From Takakia lepidozioides (lineage: Eukaryota > Plantae > Bryophyta), in contig CM060732.1 in NCBI GenBank assembly GCA_030704615.1, positions 55,614,001 through 55,678,000 on the forward strand: DNA of 64,000 nt, given 5' to 3'. Under the pieces are notes generated by a model. It saw only the letters and a program-made list of their open reading frames with translations, searched no databases and was not told the origin of the DNA. Positions 52,169 to 64,000 of the stretch are shown here, piece after piece. The translations under genes and the position numbers were made by a program. Every line of letters starts with the position of its first letter. Within the stretch, counting starts at the first letter, position 1.

Positions 52169-54166
52169 GGTTGTAGTCTCAACCTCAGCTGTTGGGTCTA
52201 CTTCTTCATACTCTTCCTCTTCCAATTTCTTCTCTCTATTTTCATCCTCCAAGTTCTGCCCTTGGGTTTCTTCTTCACTCATGTAACTCAACTGCAATGG
52301 TGTTGGAGAGTCTGAACTCTCCGTTGGCTCTGCCACATCCTCTCCTCCTTCTTCACCTTCCGCTTCAGAAACTGGAGTTCCTTCTTTTGGTGTTCCATGC
52401 CAACTCTTATCAAAGATTTCTGTCAAATCTTTTATCCAGGGATGTACCTCAGATCTTTCACCTCGTGATTGATCTTCTTCCCGTACCAATTCCCTTAATC
52501 TTTCTTGCAAAGAAAAAGAAGGAGTGACATCCATCTCTAGTTCTCCCGGTATGGGTGATGTACTTTCTGATCTTAATGGTGTGAGAGGTCCAGATGATTC
52601 CCCTATGTCTATTCCTCTCTCCCAAAGATATAGATAATTAGCTTTCAGATAGCTTTCTCTTTTTGCTGAATATCTCTGGCGTCTAGCTTCTCTTCAATCA
52701 CTCATGTCCCATGTCTTTCATTTCTTTTAATGTGGCAATAACCAAAACTCTCTTCTGTAATATCTCTCATATATGCCTGGGTTTCTTTCAAGCTTCAATG
52801 CACCCTTGGCTATACTAGAAGTCTCCGTTACCATATAACCATATGGCAAACAAGTCTGGAAAGCTGTTCTTGGTGTGAGTTTGATCCACAAAATATCCTT
52901 TGGAATCCAATTCTTTACCAGTACAAGCTCTTCATGCATATGAGTATAAACATTCACCTTTCTTTCCTCCCAGCCTTCAAACTCTACTCGCTTAATGGAT
53001 AGCAAAGCTATCACATAAACCAGTGTTGGTAACCAACGTGCTCTTCCTCTACAGGCCACCTGATAAATCTTTATCACTCTTTTCTCCAGACCCCATTCAG
53101 GGTCAGCATCATGCACTCTCTTAAGAATGTTTTCTTTACAACCGTCTGGCAATTCCAAGAACCTCTGAAAGAATCGTTTGGACAATCTTTCCTTCTCAGT
53201 TTCACAAGGAATTTGATTCACATCAAATTCTTTAATTCTCCAACCACCATGATCCCACCAGATGCCTGTCATATCTGGTTGTTCATGACCCAGTTCCCCA
53301 GTATGGTCGCCAAATGTCGCGCGGCTTTTACTCACCCATCCCTTCGCTATCCGAGGCGGGAACTCCAAGATAGAAGAGTTGGAAATCTCTAAGCACTCAG
53401 CCCGCTCAGTTGGTATTTAAGTATCAGTTTGCTTCAGCAATCTATCGGATTCCATCAACTCATCCATTCATTCCACAGCTTCACTCAGATCTCTCTACAC
53501 AGTGTGAGTATGAAGTATGTATCAGATTAATATCTATCAAGTATCAGGCTGAAGCCATGGAGTCTCTAATCTGCTCTACATTACAACTCTACTGCTTGCA
53601 TTCATCAAGCATCAACAGATCATTCTCCTCCTTCTTCGTGCTCTCCCTCTTTCTGCTCAGAGATGCGCTCTCCGCTTCATTTCCCCCCCAGTGATGTCTG
53701 AAGTCCCCCCAGAAGTGATCATTTTCCAGTCCACGCTCCTGGCTTTATCTTCCTACCCGTTGTTCTAACCGTTTCCCTCACTAACCGTCATCCGTGAACT
53801 AACATGTTCTATTCGTAGATGTTGTTCCCCACAGTCGTTCCCTGTCCTGTTATCCGTTCCCTATGGTCGTGACAGCTGTGTCAAGCTGTGACTGGCTGTT
53901 TGAAACTGTGACTGGATGTGCGACTGTGTTGGGCTGTGTCGGGCTGTGTCGAGCTATGACTGGCTGTGACGGGCTGTGTGGGCTGTGACGGCTGTGTCGG
54001 ACTGTGTCGGACTGTGACGGGCTGTGTTGGCTGTGACGGCTGAGTATCCCCCCCTAAAGTGCGCTGCTGTCACCCCTAAGGCTCCTGTTGGTCTCACTCT
54101 GTGCAAAAATTAAGGGTACCCCACAGATCCCGTAAAAGTGCCTAAGTCCCAGACAGTCCTCTAACA
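52169..54166 (-). mobile_element. Gypsy B 5' fragment: LTR (53315-54166), PBS, ORF0, start of gag
   Basis: Homologous to 42890-45161; abuts the DNMT-gypsy leader at 54167. Confidence 0.9.
52727..53368 (-). CDS. ORF0 of gypsy B, intact frame, unknown function (start codon uncertain)
   Basis: 213-codon frame conserved with 43452-44146. Confidence 0.7.
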   Translation of the reverse strand: MEFPPRIAKGWVSKSRATFGDHTGELGHEQPDMTGIWWDHGGWRIKEFDVNQIPCETEKERLSKRFFQRFLELPDGCKENILKRVHDADPEWGLEKRVIKIYQVACRGRARWLPTLVYVIALLSIKRVEFEGWEERKVNVYTHMHEELVLVKNWIPKDILWIKLTPRTAFQTCLPYGYMVTETSSIAKGALKLERNPGIYERYYRREFWLLPH

Positions 54167-57030
54167 CATACATGCATGCTTGACTGTGCGCCATGCTAGT
54201 TTTGTGTGGGCGCTTGTTTTTATAAGTGATTGGTCCGGATTTGATCACCGGCCAATCCTAGAGCATGTTGTCCATGGTGAGGCTGGGGTGATGACCAGCC
54301 AGACCATCATTGTTTCTCATGTGGTGAGGTTGGAGGTGATTACCAACCAACCATAGGAGTGCTTGCGGTGGATGCAGGTACATGTGTAGGCTATGTTATG
54401 AACTTAGTATTCCAAACCATAAGCCGCAACAGGTTCTCTACCCGGTTACCTTGTGGAGAGGGGGTTAGGGACATGTTCATGACCGGTTGAGTGTCAACAC
54501 GGAGGTGCCACTAGTTGCTAGGGACAGTGCCGGTTCAAGCACTAGCGATACTAGTGGGTACACGAGACGAGGTGTGCGGTTTAGGCCACCTTTACCTCCT
54601 GTGTCTTCTACGGAAGGTTCTGATTCGGATTGTGAATCAGGAGGACTCATACCGGCGGTGTTTCCTTGCCATTGTTGTGGGACACAATGGATGAGATGTA
54701 TGGAGCTACCAAGGGGCCACGAAGGTACTCTGGGGCGGTGGGCACCATCGAGTTGGGATGATTTTATCCAAGAGTTTGATAGTTGGTGTGATTTACAGCA
54801 AATGCGCAATCCACAACTATTTACGCCTTTCATGGCATGGAAGGGGCTGTTTCAGCACCTTGAGGGGCCGCCTATGGATGATTACCATGAGTTCAGGCGG
54901 GGGCATGAGGTTGAGATTGAGGAGTGGAGGATGTACTGGTCACCCGACTATGTCTCCATCACTAGGGGCACTAGAGCCATGAGGGCAGTGGCTACACCTG
55001 CCGCTGCACCGGTAGCTTCAACAAGCAGCAGTGGGACTAGTAGGACTGGTGGTACCGTAGCTACGACGTCCACCCAAGCCACTACCGCACCAGCACCAGC
55101 ACCCGTGCCTGCCTTCAACCCTGTTGTGGAGTTCTTCGAAGAGTTGAGAGGAAACTACCAAGGGGTGAGGACAGAGAAGTTGCGGAGCTTGCAAGAGTTC
55201 CAACGGAAGCCGATCGAGAGCTTGAGGGAGGCTTTCACTCACATGAGGCGCTTGATAAATGTAACCCAAGGGGTTACGGAAGCTCAGGCAATCCAATTTT
55301 GGTATGGGATATTGGACAAGGAGCTGAGGAGAAGGGTGCAGGATGCAACTCTCCTACAAGCGGCCCAACCCACCTTAGCAAATGTGTTTTTGCTGGCAGA
55401 GCGGATAAAGCTCAACATGGTGGAGGAACGAGTGGTCATGGTGGGATTTGCTAAGGAGACACCACGGGGTAGTGGTGCTCCTAGCCAACCACTACCTCAA
55501 CGTGCTCGAGGCAACAAGGGGGCTCAGGTGAAGCTTAGGGAAGGGCAGAGAGGACCTCAGATGCATGGGTCTCTCCCTTCATTTGCTGGCCAACAACGGG
55601 CGGATGTGATGTGCTGGATATGTGGAGGACCCCATGTCAAGAAGGATTGCCCAGAGGGAGGCAAAGGGTTGGCACATACACAACCTGCACAGTTGCAGTG
55701 TGGGCATTGTGGCAAGCACGGGCATGGAGAGGCCCAGTGTTATGGTTTGCATCCTGAGTTGCGCCCAGACCAGTTCCAAGGGAACAATGGTGGCCGGGGG
55801 CGAGGTGGAGCAGCCCAGAGAGGACGAGGTGGCCAGTCACGAGGTGCAGGCCAAGGGCAAGCTCAACATGGCCAAGGACGCGGAGGTCAGGGTGTTGACA
55901 AAGGCATGGCCAACCGGCTTCAGCAGCTAGAGCAGAAGCTCACTGCCATGGCTACAGCTCAGGTGGTACCGGCTCTAAGGCCGGATGATCCACCTCTTGC
56001 TCCTGAGGGAGGAGATATGGGAGGCATGGAATTCATCACTACAACAGATTGCGGCTCTTATGACTCCCATGGGTGCGCAGTCATGACAGATTTGTGGCAG
56101 AAATGCCATTTGCAGTCGTAAAATGCTTTTGAAGTCATAATGCAGGTCTGGAGAAGGCGTATATGCGACTGCATGGCTTCGGACTCTACGCAACACAGGT
56201 CAAACATGTTTGACCACGAATATTGGCATGGCAGATATGACTACCAGTCACGGTCATGGCTACACTGGAATGACGTGTGCATATTGCAAGACAGACATAT
56301 GACTTCATGACTCTCACTCTAATGCATTATGCCAGATCATCACATGGATGAATCACTACATGACTACACGTGTCGACACATGCTTTTCTGGTTATATATA
56401 TAATATATGAGTATTTATATCTTAAAAAAACAGAGACTCTTACCAACTAGGATGAATTAAAAAAAACCCAAAAAAAACAAAGATTTAAAAAAAATCACAT
56501 CGGCTGGTAAGTGCACAGTGTGTCGCCCTTGTGGTTTGGGGTTCAAACCCGCTGCCCTTATCCCGTGTGTGGGATTGTTCGAGACGGTATGTCTTGACGT
56601 TGATCGTCCTGTAGGTCATATGGCCCATAAATGAAGGCGGGTGAATTTTCCCCCTCCTCAAGGGCTTGTGGTTTCCTTTAAGAAAAAAAAAAAAAAAAAA
56701 AAAAATCAAAAAGGGGCTTTTAGGGTTTACAAAAAGGTTAAAAAACTTAAAAAGTTGCCCATCACGGTAGCGTGAACAGACTTAGAGCGAGCGGGAGGGA
56801 GGGAGAGAGAGAGAGGGTTGGGACTTAGAGCGAGCGAGCGGGAGAGAGGGCAAACATGCATGGGAGGCCCGCAGTTGGATCAACCTTCGCATCTGGAGCA
56901 AGCAACCCTAGAAACGCTAGGGTATGTGTGCGAGGAGGTTTCGGCTGGGAGCCCGCCGTTCTTGGGAGAGTCAGCTTCGTCTTAGCAGGCCGTGTTTCAA
57001 TCTCTACCCGCTCGGCCCTGATTTTACAGC

Positions 57031-59420
57031 ACGGAGCAGAGCTGGCATGACTTTCTAAAAGATCCTTCACGATGGTGGGACTACCGCAATCGCAAGGTGT
57101 GGCTTTTTCTTAATGTACGATGTGAAGAAGTTTGTCCATCCTGCAAATGTGGGTTGGCTCTCCTGTTAGTACCATGATTTGGTATTCTTCCTGATGTTTA
57201 CAAGGTTCTTGGGAGAGTTAGCTTGGTCTTAGTAGGCCGTGTTTCAATCTCTGCCCACTCAGCTGCACCGTGATGGTTCTCACTGACCAATCCGACATTA
57301 CCTAACTACAGACACAAGCAGCACACACTAGAGGTCATCTTGGGTTCATGTTCAGTCAAATCCTCCATGGGTCATGACACAAGATCGAGGACAATGTGGT
57401 GAGGGCACCTTCTTCTTCGACCTATTTCAGCCTATTTTGCCCTCTCATCAGACTCGGCCTTGAATTTGAATCATGGAGCAGAGCTGGCATGAGTTTTTTT
57501 AAGATCCTTCACGAGGGTGCGACCGCAATCGCAAGGTGTGGTTTTTTTTTAATGTACGATGTGCAGAATTTTGTCCATCCTGCAAATGTGGGTTGTTGGC
57601 TCCTGTTAGTACCATGATTTGATATTCTTCCTGATGTTTACAAGGTTCTTGGGAGAGTCAGCTTGGTCTTAGCAGACCGTGTTTCAAAGTCTGCCTGCTC
57701 AGCTGCACCGTGGTGCAGGTTCTCACTGACCAATCCGACATTACCTGACTACAGACACAAGCATCACACACAAGGTCAAATCCTCCATGGGTCATGACAC
57801 AAGGTCAAGGACAGTGTGGTGAGGGCACCTTCTTCTTCGACCTATTTCAGCATGTTTTGCCCTCTCATCAGACGCCCTGAGATGCATATTGAATTTTGTA
57901 AGTTAGCTCATTGCTCGTTGATAAGTAGGGTTGGGGGTGTTTGCTGGAACAATTCTAGGCTGTCATTGTCAGCTGCTAGCAGGAAGGCAAGGATGTATGC
58001 ATAGATAGCTGAAGGATTTTGTGCAGAGGCATAGATAGCTGAAGGAGCAGGGATAGAGTGTGGGCCCAAATTTGTCCAAGAGGGCCGGATTTCAAGCTCC
58101 ATTATTTCAGTGTCATCCATTCAGCCAGGGATTTCCTGGTGACATTGCCAAGGCTTTACTCGCAACATGATGCTTGTAAAGCTTCCTTAGCTTGAATGCT
58201 GATTATGCTTGAATTATTAGGTTTGTAAAGCCAGTTTTGAAATTTTCATGGTAATCAGCTCTCTTGAAAATCTGTAGGTTGCAAGCCATTTACAGCGGGT
58301 CGTGGGTGGACTGGAAGACAGCCATTGAAAGTCCTGGTGCAAGTTAATACCAGTGGAGAGCAGAATAAGCTTCATATTCCCTTTTGGTGCTAGTTATGTT
58401 CATGTATGGTACTGTTGAACACCAACAATCTTTTGGTGAGATTCTGTCTTGGTGCACATGTCTGATAAAGAAAGACGGTAATGTTTGTTCTGAAACCTGA
58501 AGGCGTGAAATGATTCAACACAACAAGAGCATTACGCGTGTCACAGTACAAGCTGTAAGAAAGCAAGAGATACATAGTTATACAGTCAAACAGACAACTA
58601 TCAGTTTCTGTGGAATCTCTTGCCAATGGCAGGATGGGTTGGGAATAGCCAAGTCAGGAGGTGAATGCTTGTCAAATTACCACATGTCCTTTTGAACACT
58701 GCCCCTGCCCTGGTGGACATGTACGCCAATTGTGGGTGCATTGAGGATGCAAAGGGAGTGTTCAACACTGTGGCTGAACGAGATGTGGTGTCGTGGAGTG
58801 CGATGCTTGCTGGGTATGCACAGCTGGGGTGCGGGATGGAGGCTCCAACCTTTGAGAAAATGATGGGGGAAGGGGTGAAGGCCGCCGACATAACGTTTGT
58901 GTGCGTTTGCAGCCCTGGAAAAGGGCAAAGAGATCCCTGGTGACATCATCAAATCTGCAATTGTACCAGATGTCATCCTGAACATGGCTCTGGTGGCCAT
59001 GTATGCTAAATGTGGGAGCATTGAGGATGCCAAAGGAGTGTTCAACACTATGGCTGAACTAGATGTGGTGTCGTGGAATGCGATGCTTGAAGGGTGTGCA
59101 GAGCAGGAGCGCGGGATGGGGCTTTGGACACCTGAAAGCAAATGATGGAGAAAAGGATGAAGGTACCTTCTTCAACATATTTCACCTTGTTTTCCCTGCT
59201 AGTGTTTGCTTTGACAATTCTAGGCTGTCATTGTCAGCTGCTAGCAGCAAGGCGAGGATGTATGCATGATTTGTGCAGAGGCATGGATAGCTGAAGGAGC
59301 AGGGATTTCGTGTGGGTCCCGATGCATCCAAGAAGGCCAGATTTCAAGCACAAGATTACCTGTGATTCCCTGTGGATCAATAGCTACAAGAAACCTGCAT
59401 GGGTAGATGGTCAACTGGGA
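57031..59420 (+). pseudogene. Fragments of OSB-type PDF motif exons
   Basis: TEQSWHDFLKDPSRWWDYRNRK|GT (57031-57096, duplicated at ~57475); HPRRPDFKHKITCDSLWI...PAWV (59320-59410). Confidence 0.7.
58690..59150 (+). pseudogene. PLS-PPR motif fragments
   Basis: ALVDMYANCGCIEDAKGVFNTVAERDVVSWSAML; ALVAMYAKCGSIEDA...SWNAML. Confidence 0.85.
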
Positions 59421-62384
59421 GCAGCGGCACAAGTGATAAAATCAGGCACTGCTAATGAAGGCATCTTCTTCAACACATTTCACCCTGTTTTTCCCTCTTA
59501 TCAGAATCGGCCCTAAATTTACATGTTCAATTCTGCAAGTTAGCTGGTTGAGTGAATCTAGTTTGGAGTGACTTTGACATGATACTGCCAATGTGACAAC
59601 AGGAAAGTGTCAAAAAATAGGTAACAGAGATGAAGAGAAGCTGTGGAATGAATACTTATCTGAGCCCAGTCACTGATGGGTCAACCGGGGCAGAAAGGTG
59701 AATGCCTGCTACATTTCAGAGAGTAGCGGACGCAATTCAGCATAGGAACTAGTGTGCTACGCTGAGTTGGGTGTTTCCTAGAACAAATGTAGGCTGTCAT
59801 TGTCAGCTGCTAGCAGCAAGGCAAGGATAAATGCTTGATTTGTGCAGAGGCATGGATAGCTGAAGGAATAGAGATAGAGTGTGGGTGACGCAGGGTGCTG
59901 GGCAATGGGCAAGATGTCTTTGTATAAACGTGAGTGACATTTTTATCATCCTGGGTTTCATTTTTAGTGCATGTTTCTTTGTGAAGTATCTGACGACTTC
60001 GCCAATACACACCAACCTTTTTGCTTTGGTTTGTTTAGGACATGGGATAGAAGTTACCATAAACAACACTGGCATTGGTTTTTCATATATGGTATTAGAT
60101 AATTCTCTTAATTGTTTCCGCCTTGGCACGTTGCTCAGTGACCTTCCCTGGACGCCTTGGAGTATAGCGAGTGAGTGTCTCACAATGCAATATTGGTTGG
60201 TGCATCTTATGCAAGAACTTGGAAAACAAACAAATGTCCTTGTTGTAGTAATTCTTAAAGCCATGCAAGCCGTTTTTGATGGGTTGCAGATTGATGGAAT
60301 ACATGAGTAGTTAGAAGATTATGGGTGAACACTTTTCAAAGTGTTATAGTTAGACAAAATAATTCACATGAGAACATGCGACTATTTAATGTATTTTTAG
60401 ATTGCAACAAAAATAATAATGATAAATAGATTGATGGTATGCAATCTCTTGGTTTTGCTCAGCTTGTTGCAGTTATGTCTTGCTGCCTTGTTCTCTTTGT
60501 ATTACATATTATATTTCATTGTTGTAATAGACATGTACATGACTGCTATCATAGTCATAATAATGACTACAACACCTCAGTTGGTCTTACCCCCGGCGTC
60601 GCAATCATGGTAGCCGAGAACAATGGAGCCTGACACACAAATGTAGCCGCTCCTAGCAGCACACTAGCTGCCGTAGCCTTGGCAATACTAGGTAGTGGTG
60701 CTACCCGTGTAGCTCTCCCCAATGGCATAGTAACCTCCGCCTCGGTAACAGTCGGGCGAGAACTAGGTGCCATGGATGGCGTCGACATTGTCTCCGCCAA
60801 TGTGAACGACTGAGGAAGCCTAGCCTGACAGCTTGCCTCCCCACACTGTGGATCCAACTCCACCCATCAGCAGATTGACATGTGTCATGATGGGTTTTGG
60901 GGTGTATTGCTATTTTTTACATATTTGTATTTCTGCCACGTGGTGTAGTACTATTGGAGAGTGGCAGCTACACTCTATGAGAGTGTGGAGGTTACTTCGT
61001 CTACTGCGGAGATAGTGGGAGGTGTAGTGCCGGAGGGATCCTCGGATTTGAGGGTCAAGACTGCCACGGCGGCGCCATGGCAAGCTGCAGCTGCCAGGTT
61101 GATGGAGCTGCCAGCTAGGCCAACCATTGAGCGCGCCATGGTGACATCTGGAGTTGTCATGTTAGACAACCAGGATGGCATTTTCTGTTTGAGTGGACCG
61201 GCAGGCAAGAGGTACCGGCCATTGCGGGTCTTATTGGACTCGGGAGCTCAGCCATTGATGCTAGGCAGAGCTGTTATTGCAGGCTTGGGCCTCACGGAGG
61301 CGGATATGGAGCCTTGTCCTTTCCAGATATAGACGTCTCTGGGAGGATCGGAGCAGGCTCGGGGCATGACACGGCGTGAGTTGGCTATCAGACTACGGCC
61401 GGATCACCCTACAGATGGCTCAGTGATGCGAGCCAAGGCCATTGTGACAGACGCGGTCTCATACGATGTCCTGGTTGGTGGGGCAGTGTTGTACCCCATG
61501 GGCTTCACCCTGGATTTTTGGGAGGAGTCAGCTTCCTATAGGCCTGCATGGCAATCAGGGGAGGGCCGGCAGCTCCCTGTGACGTTCATAGGAGGAGTTG
61601 CGGTTGCCCAGCGAGGCAAGATGCCGACACTAGCAGCATTCACAGCGGCAGTGAGTTGGCCTAAAGAGTTGCTTGAGGGCAACCACGTGTAAAAACTGAA
61701 ACGCGCCACGTGTTGCAACCGGATTAGCACACTCGTAGTCATAGTTTGCAGCCATGGAGAGCTAAACACTCTGCCACGTGTCATTTCCTGCATCGAGCAC
61801 GTGCCACTCTTGCACAGCCGCTGACATGGACTACACTGTCCGTTCAGTCATTCAGTAAAGCTAGCGTGTATGACTACCCCCACAGCTGCTCTGGCGCAAC
61901 GTGACAGCCAGCCTGGAGAGTCATATCTGCCATGTCACAACTGACTAGGTCTTTACGTCTGCAGAGTCAGAAGGTCGTAAATGGCTTCCATGACTGCATT
62001 TGCAGTCATAACACAGAGACGTAAAAGCCGCAATTTGTTGAAGTGCATGTGTGGAGCAGCACTACCACTAGTGCAGGTGGAGTCTGCTGCAGCCGTGACT
62101 CGAGGAGCAGCACGAGTTCCTGAGCCATACGCTCATTCAGAGGATGTGCCACCTCCGGGAGAGCAGGATGACATGTATGGTATGGCGGAGTTACCTACCA
62201 TGGTTGCTCAGACTCCATTGTGGGGCACGAGCAAGGATTTGCAGCGGGATGCTGATAGACGGGTGCAACAAGCCTGGGTGGAGGCTTTGGTACTATTAAG
62301 AGAGGAGGAGAGTGCGGGGATTGCACCAGGACCACCTCAGTTATCTCCATTGGACACCACACCTATTGTGTGGCAGTATTCGGA

Positions 62385-63350
62385 TGAAGGCATTTGTCTT
62401 CTCGACTTGTTTGGCGGGATCAGCACCGGATTGGCTGCTGTGATACAGGCAAGTGTACGGGTTCGGCGTTACCTATATGTGGAGAGGGATGAGACTGCAC
62501 GACGCGTTTCACTTCACCATGTTGGTCAGTTGGTGCAGCGGTACCCTGAGTTGTTGTCGGTGTCTGCAATTCGTGGATATCAGCAGGCCTTGCCAGCAGA
62601 CAATTCGTTGCTGGGGGCGCAGGATTTGGAGCGGGTTGGCTCCACTGATCTGGTAGTGGCAGGTTGGCCTTGCCAAGGGCATTCATCAGCCGGGCATGGC
62701 AATGGATTGCGAGACTTGAGGTCGGTCTGTTTTAGGAGATGATGCGGGTTTTGCGTCACTTGCAGCTTCATCAAGCTGTATCTCCAACATACATCTTGGA
62801 GAATGTGCCATTGATGGGCGATTCTCGGGCCAGGGTGATGGCCAGTGTGCATCAAGTCCGGTCGTGGCTTGGGTCAGCAGTGTTGCTAGATGCAGCTACA
62901 GTGGGGTCATGGGCTCATCGTCCACGGCTATGGTGGACTAACCTGATGCCACCTGCACTGCTCAAGCGTGCATTTGATGGGGTGCAGCGGCCAGCACATC
63001 TCACAGTGGATAGCATTCTGGACACAGGGAGGCAGTCTCAGTGTGTGAGACACGATGACCGTTCGCCTTTGGCAGTGGTCAACAAGGTGGGTCAACCACG
63101 AGCAACATTACCTACACTGTTCAGCTTCCCAGGATCGCATGCTTTCCGGGATAGTGGACCTGGCCTCCTGTGGGATGCTCAGTTGCAGCAGTTAGTGGAG
63201 CCTAATGCTGACGAGCGTGAGCGGGCAATGGGTTTTACCACTGGTACCACGGCGGTGTCGTCTCTTTCTGAGGCATCACGTCATCAAGTGTTGGGGCAAG
63301 CAATGGATCTCAATTGCTTGACCTGGATTATCAGCTTGGCTATGGCTGAG
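62385..63350 (+). pseudogene. Complete-length DNMT3-like C5-cytosine methyltransferase domain (one frameshift near 62727)
   Basis: I LLDLFGGISTG; II YLYVERD; IV DLVVAGWPCQGHS; VI YILENV; VIII AHRPRLWWTNL; IX ERERAMGF; X RHQVLGQAM. Confidence 0.92.
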
Positions 63351-64000
63351 CAACGCAGAGTGCGGAGTACACTTCCCTCGATGGTCTCTCTGCCTACCGA
63401 GACGGTACAGGCAGTGAGTGGGGGCGAGCATGTGAGGACCACGGGGTGCAGACATCCATGGCACACGTGGGAGGTGCTCGAGGTTCAGAGGGAGTTGGCA
63501 GCCAAGGTGGCGATGAAAGATGAGGTTGGGGATTTTTCTCGGGTGGAGGAAGTCCTTGAGGATAAGATGATGGGGCAAGATGAGGCCTTGTCACTGACTG
63601 AGCAGGTAGGGAGTACTGCTCAAGAGGTTGCAACATAGCAACCACTGGACGCGTCCTCTACCTCTAAGCCCACTGGACTTAAGGTTGCAGTTACGGAGGA
63701 CAATTGGGAGCCTGACATTGGACCCATTGTCACCGGAGGAGAGAGACGACGTATGCGGCGGTTCATGAGGGCTTACAGGAATTGCTTTGCCTTCAATTTG
63801 AAGGACTTGGGAGCACTGAAGGGTCAAGAGATCCGTATTGAATTGGCCACTGACACGCCAATCTTTCGGAGACCCTATAGATACAGTGACATGGAGAGGT
63901 CTTTGATTCAGATGAGGACTCAAGATCTCTGGGAGGCAGGTTTGGTTGAGCTCTCTGGTGAAGAGTATGCTTCAGCCACAGTGATGCCAGCCAAGAAGGA

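Larger units (their letters stand above)
56037..62045. mobile_element. Pack-type CACTA element (6.0 kb) carrying host gene fragments
   Basis: TIRs CACTACAACAGATTGCGGCT / AGCCGCAATTTGTTGAAGTG; TSD CAT (56034-56036, 62046-62048); no transposase recognised. Confidence 0.88.
54167..64000 (+). mobile_element. DNMT-gypsy copy 3: leader, gag, PR, DNMT, RT start (runs off the window); interrupted by a CACTA element and rearranged
   Basis: gag 54487-56036; PR 60961-61683; DNMT ~62385-63350; TAG 63636-63638; RT start PIFRRPYRYS in frame to 64000. Confidence 0.9.

Noticed and set aside
59803-60310. Overlapping 143-aa and 153-aa ORFs
   Set aside because: No recognisable motif; unassigned CACTA cargo
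62385-63350. Host DRM/DNMT3 gene or bacterial restriction-modification contaminant
   Set aside because: Intronless, in frame between retroviral protease and RT in two copies; no UBA/PWWP domain or cognate restriction enzyme

Overview
Eukaryotic, transposon-dense land-plant DNA. The evidence is a PLS-class PPR gene, organellar OSB-type PDF motifs, and CACTA, hAT, gypsy and copia remnants; it looks like a non-seed plant, but the species cannot be assigned. There are no prokaryotic features. Main discovery: a Ty3/gypsy LTR-retrotransposon family in three partial copies (1284-5941 minus, ~9797-14354 plus, 54167-64000 plus). Its reconstructed layout is Gag - aspartic protease - DNMT3-like C5-cytosine DNA methyltransferase - TAG CAA CCA (same stop in both copies, in a CARYYA readthrough context) - RT - RNaseH - integrase - PHD finger - PPT - short LTR. 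It therefore carries both a DNA-methylation writer and a histone-tail reader. Other content: (1) a young full-length non-chromoviral gypsy (31394-45161, TSD GGAGG) with a conserved extra ORF upstream of gag and a long 3' ORF; (2) an RLE (PD-D/ExK) non-LTR retrotransposon with a (TC)n tail and a degenerate PCIF1-like N6-methyltransferase-like segment, interrupted by four nested insertions; (3) two CACTA elements, one carrying OSB-PDF and PPR gene fragments; (4) a frameshifted PPR-E+ gene whose DYW domain is truncated. Domain calls come from manual translation and motif recognition, not database searches.
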